Below are positions 22,310 through 36,100 of a stretch of 64,000 nucleotides of DNA, one piece after another. The position numbers and the translations under genes were made by a program. Position 1 is the stretch's first letter. Each line of letters starts with the position of its first letter. The notes under the pieces are model-generated. The model was not told the origin of the DNA. It saw only the letters and a program-made list of their open reading frames with translations, and did not search any database. Origin of the DNA: Azolla caroliniana (lineage: Eukaryota > Plantae > Polypodiophyta); contig JBHGNT010000010.1 of assembly GCA_043228905.1 (NCBI GenBank), forward strand, positions 8,680,001-8,744,000, written 5' to 3'.

Positions 22310-22410
22310 CTTTTCTCTTTCGGCACATGAATGTAGGCTATGATGATGAACACCCATAAGTGTGCTAGATTCGTCTTGTGCCCAAAGTATGCTTCATGTG
22401 GAGATACATG
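22310..22410 (-). pseudogene. Short copia integrase C-terminal fragment
   Basis: HVSPHEAYFGHKTNLAHLWVFIIIAYIHVPKEK resembles VSAHELYFGRKLNLRHLKIFGSIAYVHV at ~61850. Confidence 0.65.
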
Positions 22411-24185
22411 CGTTGTGATATGGACGTAAATCGACAAGAAAGATAGACTCATATGATATACATGATAGAAAACATAAAACAACAAAATAGAAAGAATTCA
22501 CAATACACCGTGTTTACGTGGAAACCCTAAAATGGGGAAAAACCATGGGGCAACTGATCTTCACTATATGACAAAGATACAAGAGGAAAATCAGATTACA
22601 AAGACTTTGATGAATAGAGTATTCACCACTTAGAGTTTTGGCAAGTTCACCTAGCTATGCCTATAGTCACTTCTCTCTTGTCTCCTTGTTTCTCTATGTT
22701 ACACTCTTTCAACACTCCACCATTCTACATAGTTCTACAACTTCTACATTGAAGTTTGACCTAGCTTCACATATGTATAGAAGGAATAAATTATTATTAT
22801 TATGTTATAATAATCGTAGTCATTCGGCTGACTAGTCCACTCGACTATCCGACCCACAAGTCAACAATCCAGTCGATTCAACTAATCGACTCCTACGTCG
22901 GCTATCCAATTGGTCCGACTAGTAGACTTTGTCATCGACCACTTGGTTCATCCAACCAATAAAGTCGACATCCAAAGCAATAGATTCCCAAATTGTCTCT
23001 CTCTCTAGTCGATCTGGTCGACCCGACTGGTCGACTCTTCATTTCCTCCACTCCGTCGACTCGATGGTCGATCCGACCAACCGACTTGATTTCGACTATT
23101 GATTCTCCCAATCCACAACCGACTTCTCCCATTAGGAGGGAGAGAATCCTAACAAACTCCCCCTTCACTCCTATAAGGAGAGTCGGCCAATCCTGTCTTC
23201 TATCGACAAGCTCTCAGTTTGTCGATAGGTAGGGCTTTCATGAGCATGTCGGATCCATTATCATCAGTATGGATCTTCATAAGGATAAACTGTTCCTCAT
23301 CCACTTTCTCTCATAACCAGTGATACCTTCTCTAAATATGCATGTTCCGGGAGTGGCAAGCAACGTTCTTAGCAAGGTGTATGGCACTTTGATTATCATA
23401 GTGGAGTAGGAATTTTTCTTGCTTCATTCTTAATTCATTAAGAAAATTCTTGATCCATATTAGCTCCTTTCTGGCCTCTATTGCAAGCATATATTCTGCC
23501 TCTGTGTTCAACAAAGCCACAACCTTTTGCAATCTAGATTGTATGACATTCCTCCCCCTACATAGGTCATCCGATAATCTAATGTGGATCGACTGGAGTC
23601 TACATCCCCTGACATGTCTAAATCTGTAAAGCCTTTGAGCATAGGTTTTCTAGAGCCATACCTGAGCCATACCCTTGAGGCGTCGTTAAAGTACCTAAAT
23701 ATCTATTTTACTGTTGCCTAGTGTTCTCTTCCTGGATTACTCATATATCGGCTTACTGTTCTAACCACAAATTCTATGTCTGGTCTCTTATAGACCATAG
23801 CATACATCAAGCTACCGACTACCGAGGCACGTGACACTTTCCTCATCTCAGCCTTGTCCTTTTCGTTTTTTGGACATTGCCTAGCATTCAACTTGCAATT
23901 TGTTGGCAATGTCGACCATAGTGGTTTTGCTTCCAACATGTTAAATCTTTCCAAAACCTTTGTCACATACTTCTCTTGTGACAAACATAGCACATTCCTA
24001 GTTCGGTCTGGAACTATGTGCATCCCCAAAATTTGTTTCGCCGGTCCAATATCTTTCATTGCAAACGACTTGCCTAGAGCTTTCTTCAAGCTCACAATAT
24101 TCTTGGTGTCTTGTCTACGAGGCATAGAAAGACACCACCAGGTTCTCCCAACTGTTCGGTAGGGTACACAACAATAGTAGAGCCT
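22411..24185 (-). mobile_element. Deleted Tork-like copia remnant: 3' LTR (~22411-23154), PPT, RNase H/RT fragment fused to a gag scrap
   Basis: PPT AGGGGGAGTT next to the TGTTAGG LTR start; DNQSAIHLAKN; SFAMKDIGPAKQILGM; gag-like LLCTLPNSWENLVV at ~24125-24185. Confidence 0.8.
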
Positions 24186-25852
24186 AAAGATAGCTAGTAA
24201 CTCCTTGTCATGCACTGTAGTAGTAAATTTTCTCGAGTGAAACGTGACTGGATGGGACTGCCCATCCTCGCCTGGTTGTGATAGGATACTCCCCAATGCA
24301 AATTCTGATGCATCCGCCTCAATGGTAAATGGGGTTTTGGGATTAATATGAGTTAAGATAGGAGCTTATGTCAATGCCTCTTTAAGCTGAGTAAACGCTT
24401 TGTTCGCTTCAATAGTCCAAACAAATGCTTGATTTTTCTTGGTGAGTTGGGTGAGAGGCAACACAACCTTTGAATAATTCCATATGAAGTTGCGATAAAA
24501 TTTGGCAAATACAAGGAAACATTGGATGTCTTGAATAGAACGTGGGGGTTTCCATTCCAATATTGTTTGGACTTTTGTTAGATCCATGAAGATACCTATG
24601 GATGAAATAGTATAACCCAAGAATTCGACTTGTTTGCAATCAAAACTGCAGTCTTCTCAAGTTTGGCATAAAGACCATACTTTCTAAGGTGTTCAAGTAC
24701 TTTCTACACATGTATATCATGTTCCTCGTATGTTTTAGAGTAAATTAATAGATCGTCTAAATAGATGATGAGAAAGATATCCAAAAAATCCCGGAAAATG
24801 TCATTTTCCATATGTTGAAAAATTGTGGGTGCATTTGTGAGCCCGAAAGGCATGAATATATACTCAAAATGAGCATATTGAGTGCGAAATGCAGTTTTCC
24901 AGTCATCTCCCAATTGAATTCGAACAAGATAATATGCATCCCTTAGATCAATTTTTGTAAACTGCTTTGCCCTACCAATGCGTTCTAAAATACTAGAGAT
25001 TAAAGTTAGAGCATACATATTTCTTATGGTGACTTTATTTAATCCTCGATAGTCCACGACTAAACAAAGTGAGCCGTCCTTTTTCTTCACAAAAAAGATA
25101 GCATCATCAATTAGAGACTTTGAATGTTGAATAAACCCATGTGCAAGATTCTCCTCAATGTATGCTCGAAGAACCTCAACCTCAGTTGGTGATACATTTT
25201 AGATCGGACCCCACGGTGGCTCTTTTTCTAGTTGTAGGTCAATGGGACAGTCGTATGACCGATGCTTTGGAAGTACACTAGCTTTGAATTTGCCGAAAAC
25301 ATCAGCATATTCTTGATCTTTTTGGGGAATTTGGATGTCTGAATTCCCTTGAGAGGCATTTGAAGGTGTCACTAATACTACAAATAAGAAAAGTTCCTCC
25401 TTTCCTCCCACTTCAGATAATTGTTGTAATGTGATGGTTGAAATTTGATGAAAAGGAGACGGTGCATTGGTAGAACTATAGTCTTTAAGAGAATAATCCT
25501 AGGTTTGATCCTTGGCAACTTTGTTTTCTACTAAAGGGCACCAACTTTCTCGCCTCCTCCAATTGATTATTGGGCTATGTAGCTCGAACCATGGCAAACC
25601 AAGGACAATTGGATGCTCGGGGCTACGGATTATGACAAAGGAAATTACTCATCCTAAATCACCTAAGAGTATGTGTATTGGTTCAGACTCTTCGAATATC
25701 TTCCCGGAAGCTATGGGACATCCATCAATCACTACTAGGGAAACTAGGTAAGGAAATGTATGCAAGGATATTTGGTGTTTTTGGGCAAAATCTCTATCCA
25801 TGAAACAAGAATTGGCTCTGTTAAGTACTAGGATAACAACACAACCAGCCAC
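24186..25852 (-). pseudogene. Decayed Ty3/gypsy pol (protease, RT, RNase H)
   Basis: YLDDLLIYS, KKKDGSLCLVVDYRGLNKVT, HPVTFHSRKF..DKELLAI and a protease-like NSCFMDRDFAQKH segment. Confidence 0.88.
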
Positions 25853-26403
25853 GAATAAGAGCGCATCAACAAGGACGTAGAGGAAACAACAAGAGGAAAA
25901 GATCTCCTAAGTGATTAAGAGCTAGAAGCTTCCTCGCCTCTTTCTTGTAACCTTTAAGCTTAAGAGAGATTAGTGAAGTGTTTAGTTAGAGAATACTAAT
26001 CTCTCTTCCTTGTTGGTGCTAGACCTCTTAGCAAAGAGGGTTAATAAATATATTTATTAATCTTGTTGTCTACATTCATTACCCCATTGTTTATGAGAGC
26101 GAGCTTGAGAGAGTGAGAGAGATATTGTGCCTAATCATCTATTAGTTGTTAAGTGAGTGTGAGGCTCAGAGGTGCCCGACAACCATCTCCGCCCGATTCG
26201 CCATCAAGAGGGTATACGCCGGTCTGAATCCTGCCACGACATCGAGGAGCTTACTCCATCAATACATAGATCCTTCACAGGCTCCTATATGTAAGAGAGC
26301 TTGGATCTGAAGTTCACAACTTGGTGTCCTAACTTGTACTTGGGCAGAGAAGACTTTACTAACATTCTTGGAAGAAATGGAACCCGCACTAGGCTTTATA
26401 GAT

Positions 26404-26720
26404 CTAAGGTTGTCCAACCAAATGGCTCCTAATTTGGCTGGACTTATTCTTTGGCTCCTCTTCTAATTGTCTTAGGACTTCAAACTTATTGGACAAAGGT
26501 GGATTATTCATAATATTAGAATAATTGGTTGTTTCTAAAATGTTGGATTCATTTTTATTGTCATAGTGAATTTGATTTACCTGACATCTCAGTCGGCGAG
26601 GGCAATGAATAGCTATATGTCCTGGACCTCCACAATATAAGCACAAACTGTTTGCTCGGCATCGTTGCTTCTCTTCGTCCGACAATGGTCCTCATCGTTG
26701 GGTCATATCAATCCCATGGG
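26404..26720 (-). pseudogene. Ty3/gypsy gag C-terminus with zinc knuckle
   Basis: EEKQRCRANSLCLYCGGPGHIAIHCP (CCHC). Confidence 0.75.
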
Positions 26721-27692
26721 TGTAAGACTCGACATTGAGATTTTGGCATTAAAGTATATTGATATTTTTGTCTACTTCTTGTCTACCTCCTCTTCCACTT
26801 CAAACTTTTTCACGGTCTTTATCACCACCAAGCTCACCCTGCATCAACGACTTTGACGAAAGGTTGGGCTAACTCACGCACATGTTAGTGAAGGGAGCAA
26901 AAAGTGGTCCATGAACATTACTTCGGCGATGAGGCGTTGTTGTTGTCCATATTTGTCATGGTATCGATGGTCCACCTAAGTCACCTTCATGGAAGCTCCA
27001 AGCCCCCCTCATTCTTGTGCAAGCTCAAAGCCTTGTAAGTCCCACTGCTCTCATGGCATATCATTTGGGGAAACCATTTTGTTGTGAGACAGAGACTTCT
27101 CTATTAAAACCTATATTTCAAGCCATTGTCGTGTCGTAGTGTTAGTTAAGTGCATTAGTGCTATTCATACATTAATTGCCCTTCACCATTGTGTGTGCAT
27201 GTATGAGCACGAGGAGGGTTATTAAGTTGTTGCTAGCAAGCAAACCTTGCCACTCTTTGTTAACCTCAAGAGTGTTCAACTTGTGTCCTATGTTTGCCGC
27301 ATTTTTTCACCTTCGAACATTTATGTCCTTTCTTCATGCCCTTCATTTGTGTTTTATGTTTGCATCCTATGTTTGCCTCTAAATGTTCACATCCTTTCAT
27401 TCGCCTCCCTACATTTGTCATTCAGGCTCAATCTCACCTATTTTTGGGGCCAAGTAAGAAAGTTGTGAAAGTGCATATGATTAACCCTACATATTGTTGT
27501 AGATCCTACCGGCCACACCGGTTAACAGTCATGTGGGTATGTGGGTGTAGAGATCAAAGTCGATAGTACACAGACAACAGAAAACAGAAGTACAAGGACA
27601 CAAGATGTTTACGTGGAAAACCCTGAAATGGGGAAAACCATGGGAGCCCACAGACTCTGTACTCCTCTATCTCGCTATCAGTAAGAAGAATA

Positions 27693-30600
27693 TGTTGGGA
27701 TTACGGTCCCTTCGGATGGGATGGTCGGATATCGGAGATGAATGCCGACAAGCCCGGTTTCGGTTTCGGATCCGGATGACGAAGACCCCGGTTTCGGTAC
27801 CGGATGACGAATGTACCCGGAGAGCGATCCGGATGCAGGGACATATCCGTGAATATGTTCGCTATGGGCCCCTGAGGCTACAGTTGTAAATAGCCCAAAG
27901 TCATATAAGTATAAATATGACTTAGGGCAAACAGTTTTACTGTTGCTTCTCATTTTTCTGTTTTTCCACTTTAGAGGAGTGAAGAGAGAGCAGCCGTGAG
28001 AGAGAGAGAGCGTGAGAGAGGAAGAGGTCGACGCCTCTGTGTAATACCGCCGCCTGTGGCGAAGAAAGGGAGCTCAAGGTCGTTGCCTTGCAGCTCGCCA
28101 TTGTATATTTCTCTGTGCATAGTTTGGTTTGGAGTTTCGCACTCCCGTGGTTTTTCCCGTATAGGGTTTTCCACGTTAATCCCTGTGTATCGTGTCTTTC
28201 TCTGTATTTCCTATTTTCTGCTGCATTGATTCGCGATTACTCGGTTGTGGCCGAGTGGTGAAGGTGAATCGAAGCGTCGATTCCCAACAAACTGGTATCA
28301 GAGCGACTGTTGCAGAAAATGGAAGGCGGCGGCAGCGGGCAGCCGATGATGATGGTGCTGAATGCACAGAATTACGCCGACTGGAAGATCAAGATGGAGG
28401 ATCTTCTGATTGTTCGGGACCTGTACGAACCGATTGACAGGTCGGAAATACCGAAGGGGGTACTTGAGTCGGAGTGGAAGCTCCTGAACCGGAAAGCCGT
28501 AGCGACGATCCGACAATATGTCGATGTAAGCGTCCTACAACATGTGGCGAACGACACCAACGCATATGAGATGTGGCGGAAGCTGTCGGGCCTCTACGAG
28601 AGGAAGAATGCACTGAACCGGACCTCCCTGATGAGGAAGATTGTGAATCTCAAGTACCGGGACGGCGAGAGTATGGTGGAACACGTAAGCACGTTCATGG
28701 GATTCGTGAACCAGCTTGCGGCGATTAAGTTCCCGTTGGAGGATGCAATGCAAGCCATCATCCTGATGTGTACATTGCCAGAAAGCTGGGAGAACTTGGT
28801 GGTGACTCTCAGCACCTCCTGCACCGAAGATAACTTGTCCTTACAGACGGTAAAGACAAGTATTTTGAACGAAGAAGCGCGTCGGAGAGATAAGGAACCG
28901 ACCTCCGACCCGAAGATGTTGTTTACCGAATCGGATCGGGGAAGACAATGGAACCGGAGTCCGCAAAGACGGGAGAAGTCGGGGACCCGGTCGCAGTCAA
29001 GAGGAAGGCCCACATGCTTCCACTGTGGGAAGCCCGGGCACTTCCGAAAGAATTGTCGGCATTACCGAAAGGACAATGGAACCGACAACACCGATTCGAA
29101 GAAGTCACCGGAGAGAAACGGTGCATACCGGGGAGCCACGGACCAAAATGGTTCGGATCGGCGAGGACAGAACCGGAAAGGAACGACGGCACTCGCGGCA
29201 AGTGAAGAGGAGATCATGCTCATCACCGAAGAAGGTGAACTAAACATTGCCGGCGATGAGACGACCTGGGTGGTCGATTCCGGAGCATCGTTCCACCTGA
29301 CCCCGGAGAGAAGATACTTCTCATCCTACACAGCCGGCGAGCATGGCTGTGTTCGGATGGGAAACGAAGGTACGTGCCGGATTGCCGGCATAGGAGACGT
29401 GTGGTTGACAACCCCGACCGGATGCAAAATGCTGCTGAAGAATGTCCGACACGTTCCGGAGGTCCGACTGAACCTGATTTCGGCCGGGAGGCTAGATGAT
29501 GAAGGCTACACGGGTAGCATCCGGAACGGTGTCATGAAGTTCAGCAAGGGGAGCTTGATAGTGGCTCGGGCCCGGAAGGTCAACACACTGTACCTGATGA
29601 ATGCCTGGTTATGTCCGGAAGAGCTGAATGTGGCAGCCGACACTGCCGGTGAGCTGTGGCACAAAAGACTGTGCCACATGAGTGAGAAGGGGATGAAGAG
29701 GCTTGCAGAAGACAACCTTATTCCAGTGAAGCACGTGCACCTGGAGAAGTGCACCGATTGCCTGGCCGGTAAGCAGAACCGAGCCTCCTTCCACTCAAGG
29801 CCACCGAAGAGACGTAGTGTACCATTGGAGTTGGTACACACTGATGTGTGTCAAGTAGAAACGAAGTCACACGGCGGAGCCCAGTACTTCGTAACATTCA
29901 TCGATGATCATAGCCGAAAACTGTGGACGGCACCGATGAAGACAAAGGACCAAGTGTTGTGCGTCTTCAAAGAACTCCACGCGAGAGTGGAAAGGGAATC
30001 CGGCAAGAAGCTGAAAGCGATACGAGCGGATAACGGAGGGGAATACCGAGGGCAGTTCCAGGAGTACTGTCGCTCGAAGGGAATCCGACTCGAGTTTACT
30101 GTGCCGAAGACGCCGGAACTGAACGGGCTGGCCGAGAGGATGAACCGGACCATAATGGAGAGGGTTCGGAGTATGCTGGCGCATGCGAAATTACCCAAGG
30201 GGTTTTGGGCTGAGGCAATGTCGACGGCGACATATGTGATAAACCGATCACCCTCAGTACCTTTGGACAGAGACACGCCGCAGAGAGTGTGGACCGGTAG
30301 GGAAGTATCCTACCGGCATCTGAAGGTGTTCGGGTGTCTCGCATACGTGCACGTGGCGAAGGACCGGAGAGGAAAGCTAGATCCGAAGACCCGGCCATGC
30401 ATATTCCTCGGTTACGGCGACGACGAGTTCGGCTACCGAGTATGGGACCCGGTCGACAAGAAGATATTCAGGAGTCGAGATATCGTCTTTATGGAGGACA
30501 AGACACTCGCCGACTGGGAGTCGGAGAAGAAGATGAAGAGCTCCAAGTCGACCGGTGAGGATCAACTCTACGAGGAGCAGTCCCGACCGGCAAGGGACCG

Positions 30601-32971
30601 GTTAGCACTCGAGGACCCGGCCGAAGACGGTGAAGAAACAGAACCGGCCGAAGAAGATGAAAATGATACCGGAACCGGCCCCGATCCCGAAATGGATTCG
30701 GATGAAGAAGAATCGGAAGAACCGGTTACCGAAGCTCCGGAACGGAGATATCCTCTAAGAGAGAGAAGGGCCCCCCGGAGATTTCCGGAACCAGAGCACG
30801 TGCTGCTAACCGACGAGGGGGAGCCGGAGAGCTTTGAAGAAGCAAAGCATGACACCCAGAGCCGCAGGTGGTTGAGTGCCATGCAGGACGAGATGGATTC
30901 CCTGCATGAGAACCACACATATGAACTTGTGGAGTTGCCGAAAGGAAAGCGGGCACTTCGAAACAAGTGGGTGTTCAAGCTGAAACCGGGAGATGCCGGA
31001 AACCCCCCGAGATACAAAGCCAGGATCGTGGTGAAGGGGTTTCAGCAAAAGAAGGGCGTCGACTTCGACGAGATATTTGCCCCGGTAGTGAAGATGACCT
31101 CCATCCGGACGGTGCTGAGCATAGCGGCAAGCATGGACCTCGAGGTAGAACAGATGGACGTGAAGACGGCATTCCTTCACGGTGACCTCGATGAAGAGAT
31201 CTACATGCAGCAACCGGAAGGATTCGAGAAGAAAGGGAAGGAGCACCTGGTATGCCGGTTGAAGAAGAGCCTTTACGGACTGAAGCAGGCTCCCCGGCAA
31301 TGGTACCGAAAGTTCGACTCCTTCATGACCGACGAAGGGTACCTCAAAACGCAGTCCGACCACTGCGTGTTTGTGAAGAAGTTCGAAGGAGGAGACTTTC
31401 TAATATTCCTCCTGTACGTGGACGACATGTTGATCGTCGGACGGGACCAGGTCAAGATACGGATGCTGAAGAAGGCTCTTCACCGAACCTTCTCAATGAA
31501 GGACCTGGGTCCGGCGAGGCAAATACTAAGGATGCACATCATCCGGGACCGGAAGAAGAAGCAGTTGTGGCTGTCACAGGAGAAGTACGTGACGAAGGTG
31601 CTTCACTCGGATCGACCCTCCCGGCAAACTGCAAGCTGTCCAGCAAGCAAAGTCCCAAGACAAAGGCTGAAAAGGAGGATATGATGAAAGTGCCGTATGC
31701 CTCAGCCGTCGGGAGCTTGATGTACGCCATGGTGTGTATGAGACCGGACATCGGATATGCAGTCGGAGTGGTGAGCCGGTACATGAGCAATCCCGGCAAA
31801 GAGCATTGGAACGCGGTCAAGTGGATACTCCGATACCTGAAGGGCACAGCGAATGTGTGCCTCCGATTCGGCTCCGGTAAACCCGAACTCGACGGTTTCA
31901 CCGATTCGGATATGTCGGCTGATGCAGATACCAGCCGGTCCACATCAGGGTATGTGATGACGTATGCAGGGGGAGCTGTTTCATGGCAGTCGAGGCTGCA
32001 GAAGACGGTTGCGTTGTCAACCACGGAGGCGGAGTACATGGCGGCTGTTGAAGCCGGCAAGGAAATAATATGGATGAAGGACTTCATTAGAGAGCTCGGT
32101 ATCCAACAGGAGGAGTACCGACTCTACTGCGACAGTCAGAGTGCAATCCACCTTGCAAAGAACGCGGCCTATCACTCCCGGACGAAGCACATCCAGCGAA
32201 GATATCACTGGATCCGGGAAAGGATAGAAGACAAGGAGTTCGTGCTGACAAAGATTCACACGGACGAGAACGGGTCGGATATGCTGACCAAGGTGCTCAC
32301 ACCCGACAAGCTAGAAGCATGCCGGAAGAGGGTCGGATTGGAGAGACATCCCATGCCGAATTGAAGGGGGAGTTTGTTGGGATTACGGTCCCTTCGGATG
32401 GGATGGTCGGATATCGGAGATGAATGCCGACAAGCCCGGTTTCGGTTTCGGATCCGGATGACGAAGACCCCGGTTTCGGTACCGGATGACGAATGTACCC
32501 GGAGAGCGATCCGGATGCAGGGACATATCCGTGAATATGTTCGCTATGGGCCCCTGAGGCTACAGTTGTAAATAGCCCAAAGTCATATAAGTATAAATAT
32601 GACTTAGGGCAAACAGTTTTACTGTTGCTTCTCATTTTTCTGTTTTTCCACTTTAGAGGAGTGAAGAGAGAGCAGCCGTGAGAGAGAGAGAGCGTGAGAG
32701 AGGAAGAGGTCGACGCCTCTGTGTAATACCGCCGCCTGTGGCGAAGAAAGGGAGCTCAAGGTCGTTGCCTTGCAGCTCGCCATTGTATATTTCTCTGTGC
32801 ATAGTTTGGTTTGGAGTTTCGCACTCCCGTGGTTTTTCCCGTATAGGGTTTTCCACGTTAATCCCTGTGTATCGTGTCTTTCTCTGTATTTCCTATTTTC
32901 TGCTGCATTGATTCGCGATTACTCGGTTGTGGCCGAGTGGTGAAGGTGAATCGAAGCGTCGATTCCCAACA
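27693..32971 (+). mobile_element. Very young Ty1/copia (Tork/Tto1-like) LTR retrotransposon, copy 1
   Basis: 597-bp LTRs 27693-28289 and 32375-32971, apparently identical; TSD GAATA; PBS TGGTATCAGAGC (tRNA-iMet) at 28293; PPT GAAGGGGGAG. Confidence 0.97.
28319..32364 (+). pseudogene. Copia gag-pol polyprotein (gag, zinc knuckle, PR, IN, RT, RH) with a ~28-nt frameshifting deletion at ~31606
   Basis: CFHCGKPGHFRKNC, WVVDSGAS, VHTDV..DNGGEY..ELNGLAERMN, LYVDDML, DSQSAIHLAKN. Relative to copy 2 the segment encoding RFNMSEARP is missing. Confidence 0.92.
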
Positions 32972-33107
32972 GAATACAATAAGAACCTGTAAGGTGCCGA
33001 CCGTGAGTTCTTCTTCGTCTAAGCAAATGGCTATGGAGAAATTACTCACTCTTGCTCTCTTATAGTCACTCAGTTACAGAGGCAACTACCAACTATAACT
33101 TTTCAAC

Positions 33108-36100
33108 TGTTATACGCAGTGCTCGGCCACAACCGAGAAATAGGATTAACTTTCAGAAAACAGGAATTACAAAATACACGAAGATAATGGGTAGAAGAGT
33201 ACACAGGATATTTTACGTGGAAAACCCTAAGTGGGAAAAACCACGGGAGTCCTCAAACTCCAACTATCACTATATGCAGAGATGTACAATGATGAAGCTA
33301 CAAGGCAACAACCTTGAGCTCACAGTCTTCGCCACAGGCGGCGGTAATACACTGAGGCAACGACCTCTTCGTCTCTCACACTCTCTCGGCTGCTCTCACT
33401 TCGCTCCCTCTTCGTGGAAAACAGAAAATGAGCAACAACAACATAAAACTGTTTGCCCTAAGTCATATTTATACACATATGACTTTTGGGCTATTTACAA
33501 ATATAGCCTCAAGGGCTCTTGGCAAACATATTCACAAATATGTCCCCGCATCCGGATCTCTCTCCGGGTACATTCGTCATCCGGCTCCGTAACCGGGGTC
33601 TTCAGCATCCGGCTCCGTAACCGGGGTCTTCATCATCCGGCTCCGTAACCGGGGTCTTCATCATCCGGCTCCGTATCCGGGTACTCTTTATCCGGCTTCA
33701 TGCCGGGTACTCTTCATCATCCGGTTCCGTAACCGCAACCGGGCTTGCCGTCATTCATCTCCGGACATCCCATCCGGAGGGACCGAAATCCCAACAAACT
33801 CCCCCTTCACTTCGGCATGGGATGTCTCTCCAATCCGACTCTCTTCCGGCACGCTCCCAGCTTGTCGGGTGTGAGCACTTTGGTCAGCATATCCGACCCG
33901 TTCTCGTCCGTGTGGACCTTCGTCAGCACGAACTCCTTGTCTTCTATCCTTTCCCGGATCCAGTGATATCTTCGCTGGATGTGCTTCGTCCGGGAGTGAT
34001 AGGCCGCGTTCTTCGCAAGGTGGATGGCACTCTGACTGTCGCAGTAGAGTCGGTACTCCTCCTGCTGGATACCGAGCTCTCTAATGAAGTCCTTCATCCA
34101 TATTATTTCTTTGCCGGCTTCAACAGCCGCCATGTACTCCGCCTCCGTGGTTGACAACGCAACCGTCTTCTGCAGCCTCGACTGCCACGAAACAGCTCCC
34201 CCTGCATACGTCATCACATACCCTGATGTGGACCGGCTGGTATCTGCATCAGCCGACATATCAGAATCAGTAAAGCCTTCGAGTTCGGGCTTACCGGAGC
34301 CGAATCGGAGGCACACGTTTGCCGTGCCCTTCAGGTATCGGAGTATCCACTTGACCGCGTTCCAGTGCTCTTTGCCGGGATTGCTCATGTACCGGCTCAC
34401 CACTCCAACTGCATATGCTATGTCCGGTCTTGTACACACCATTGCGTACATTAAGCTTCCGACGGCAGAGGCATATGGTACTTTCATCATGTCCTCCTTC
34501 TCAGCCTTTGTCTTGGGGCTTTGCTTGCTGGACAACTTGCAGTTTCCCGGGAGGGTTGACCCGACCGGTCTTGCTTCCGACATGTTGAACCGGTGAAGCA
34601 CCTTTGTCACGTACTTCTCCTGTGACAGCCACAACTGCTTCTTCTTCCGGTCCCGGATGATGTGCATCCCTAATATTTGCCTCGCCGGACCCAGGTCCTT
34701 CATTGAGAAGGTTCGGTGAAGCGCTTTCTTCAGCGTCCGTATCTTGACCTGGTCCCGTCCGACGATCAACATGTCGTCCACGTATAGGAGGAGTATTAGA
34801 GAGTCTCCTCCTTCGAACTTCTTCACAAACACGCAGTGATCGGACTGCGTTTTGTGGTACCCTTCGTCGGTCATGAAGGAGTCGAACTTCCGGTACCATT
34901 GCCGGGGAGCCTGCTTCAATCCGTACAGGCTTTTCTTCAATCGGCATACCAGGTGCTCCTTCCCTTTCTTCTCGAATCCTTCCGGTTGCTGCATGTAGAT
35001 CTCTTCTTCGAGGTCACCGTGAAGGAATGCCGTCTTCACGTCCATCTGTTCTACCTCGAGGTCCATGCTTGCCGCTATGCTCAGCACCATCCGGATGGAG
35101 GTCATCTTCACTACCGGGGCGAATATCTCGTCGAAGTCGACGCCCTTCTTCTGCTGAAACCCCTTCACCACGATCCTGGCTTTGTATCTCGGGGGGTTTC
35201 CGGCATCTCCCGGTTTCAGCTTGAACACCCACTTGTTTCGAAGTGCCCGCTTTCCTTTCGGCAACTCCACAAGTTCATATGTGTGGTTCTCATGCAGGGA
35301 ATCCATCTCGTCCTGCATGGCACTCAACCACCTGCGGCTCTGGGTGTCATGCTTTGCTTCTTCAAAGCTCTCCGGCTCCCCTTCGTCGGTTAGCAGCACG
35401 TGCTCTGGTTCCGGAAATCTCCGGGGGGGCCCTTCTCTCTCTTAGAGGATATCTCCGTTCCGGAGCTTCGGTAACCGGTTCTTCCGATTCTTCTTCATCC
35501 GAATCCATTTCGGGATCGGGGCTGGTTCCGGTATCATTTTCATCTTCTTCGGCCGGTTCTGTTTCTTCATAGTCTTCGGCCGGATCCTCGAGTGTTAACC
35601 GGTCCCTTGCCGGTCGGGACTGCTCCTCGTAGAGTTGATCCTCACCGATCGACTTGGAGCTCTTCATCTTCTTCTCCGACTCCCAGTCGGCGAGTGTCTT
35701 ATCCTCCATGAAGATGATGTCTCGACTCCTGAATATCTTCTTGTCGACCGGGTCCCATACTCGGTAGCCGAACTCGTCGTCGCCGTAACCGAGGAATATG
35801 CATGGCCGGGTCTTTGGATCTAGCTTTCCTCTCCGGTCCTTTGCCACATGCACGTATGCGAGACACCCGAACACCTTCAGATGCCGGTAGGACACTTCCT
35901 TACCGGTCCACACTTTCTGCGGCGTGTCTCCATCCAAAGGTACTGAGGGTGATCTGTTTATCACGTATGTCGCCGTCGACATTGCCTCAGCCCAAAACCC
36001 CTTGGGTAATTTCGCATGTGCCAGCATACTCCGGACCCTCTCCATTATGGTCCGGTTCATCCTCTCGGCCAGCCCGTTTAGTTCCGGCGTCTTCGGCACA

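Noticed and set aside
25860-26400. LTR-like insert between gypsy gag and protease
   Set aside because: Termini and TSD could not be defined by eye; left unannotated.
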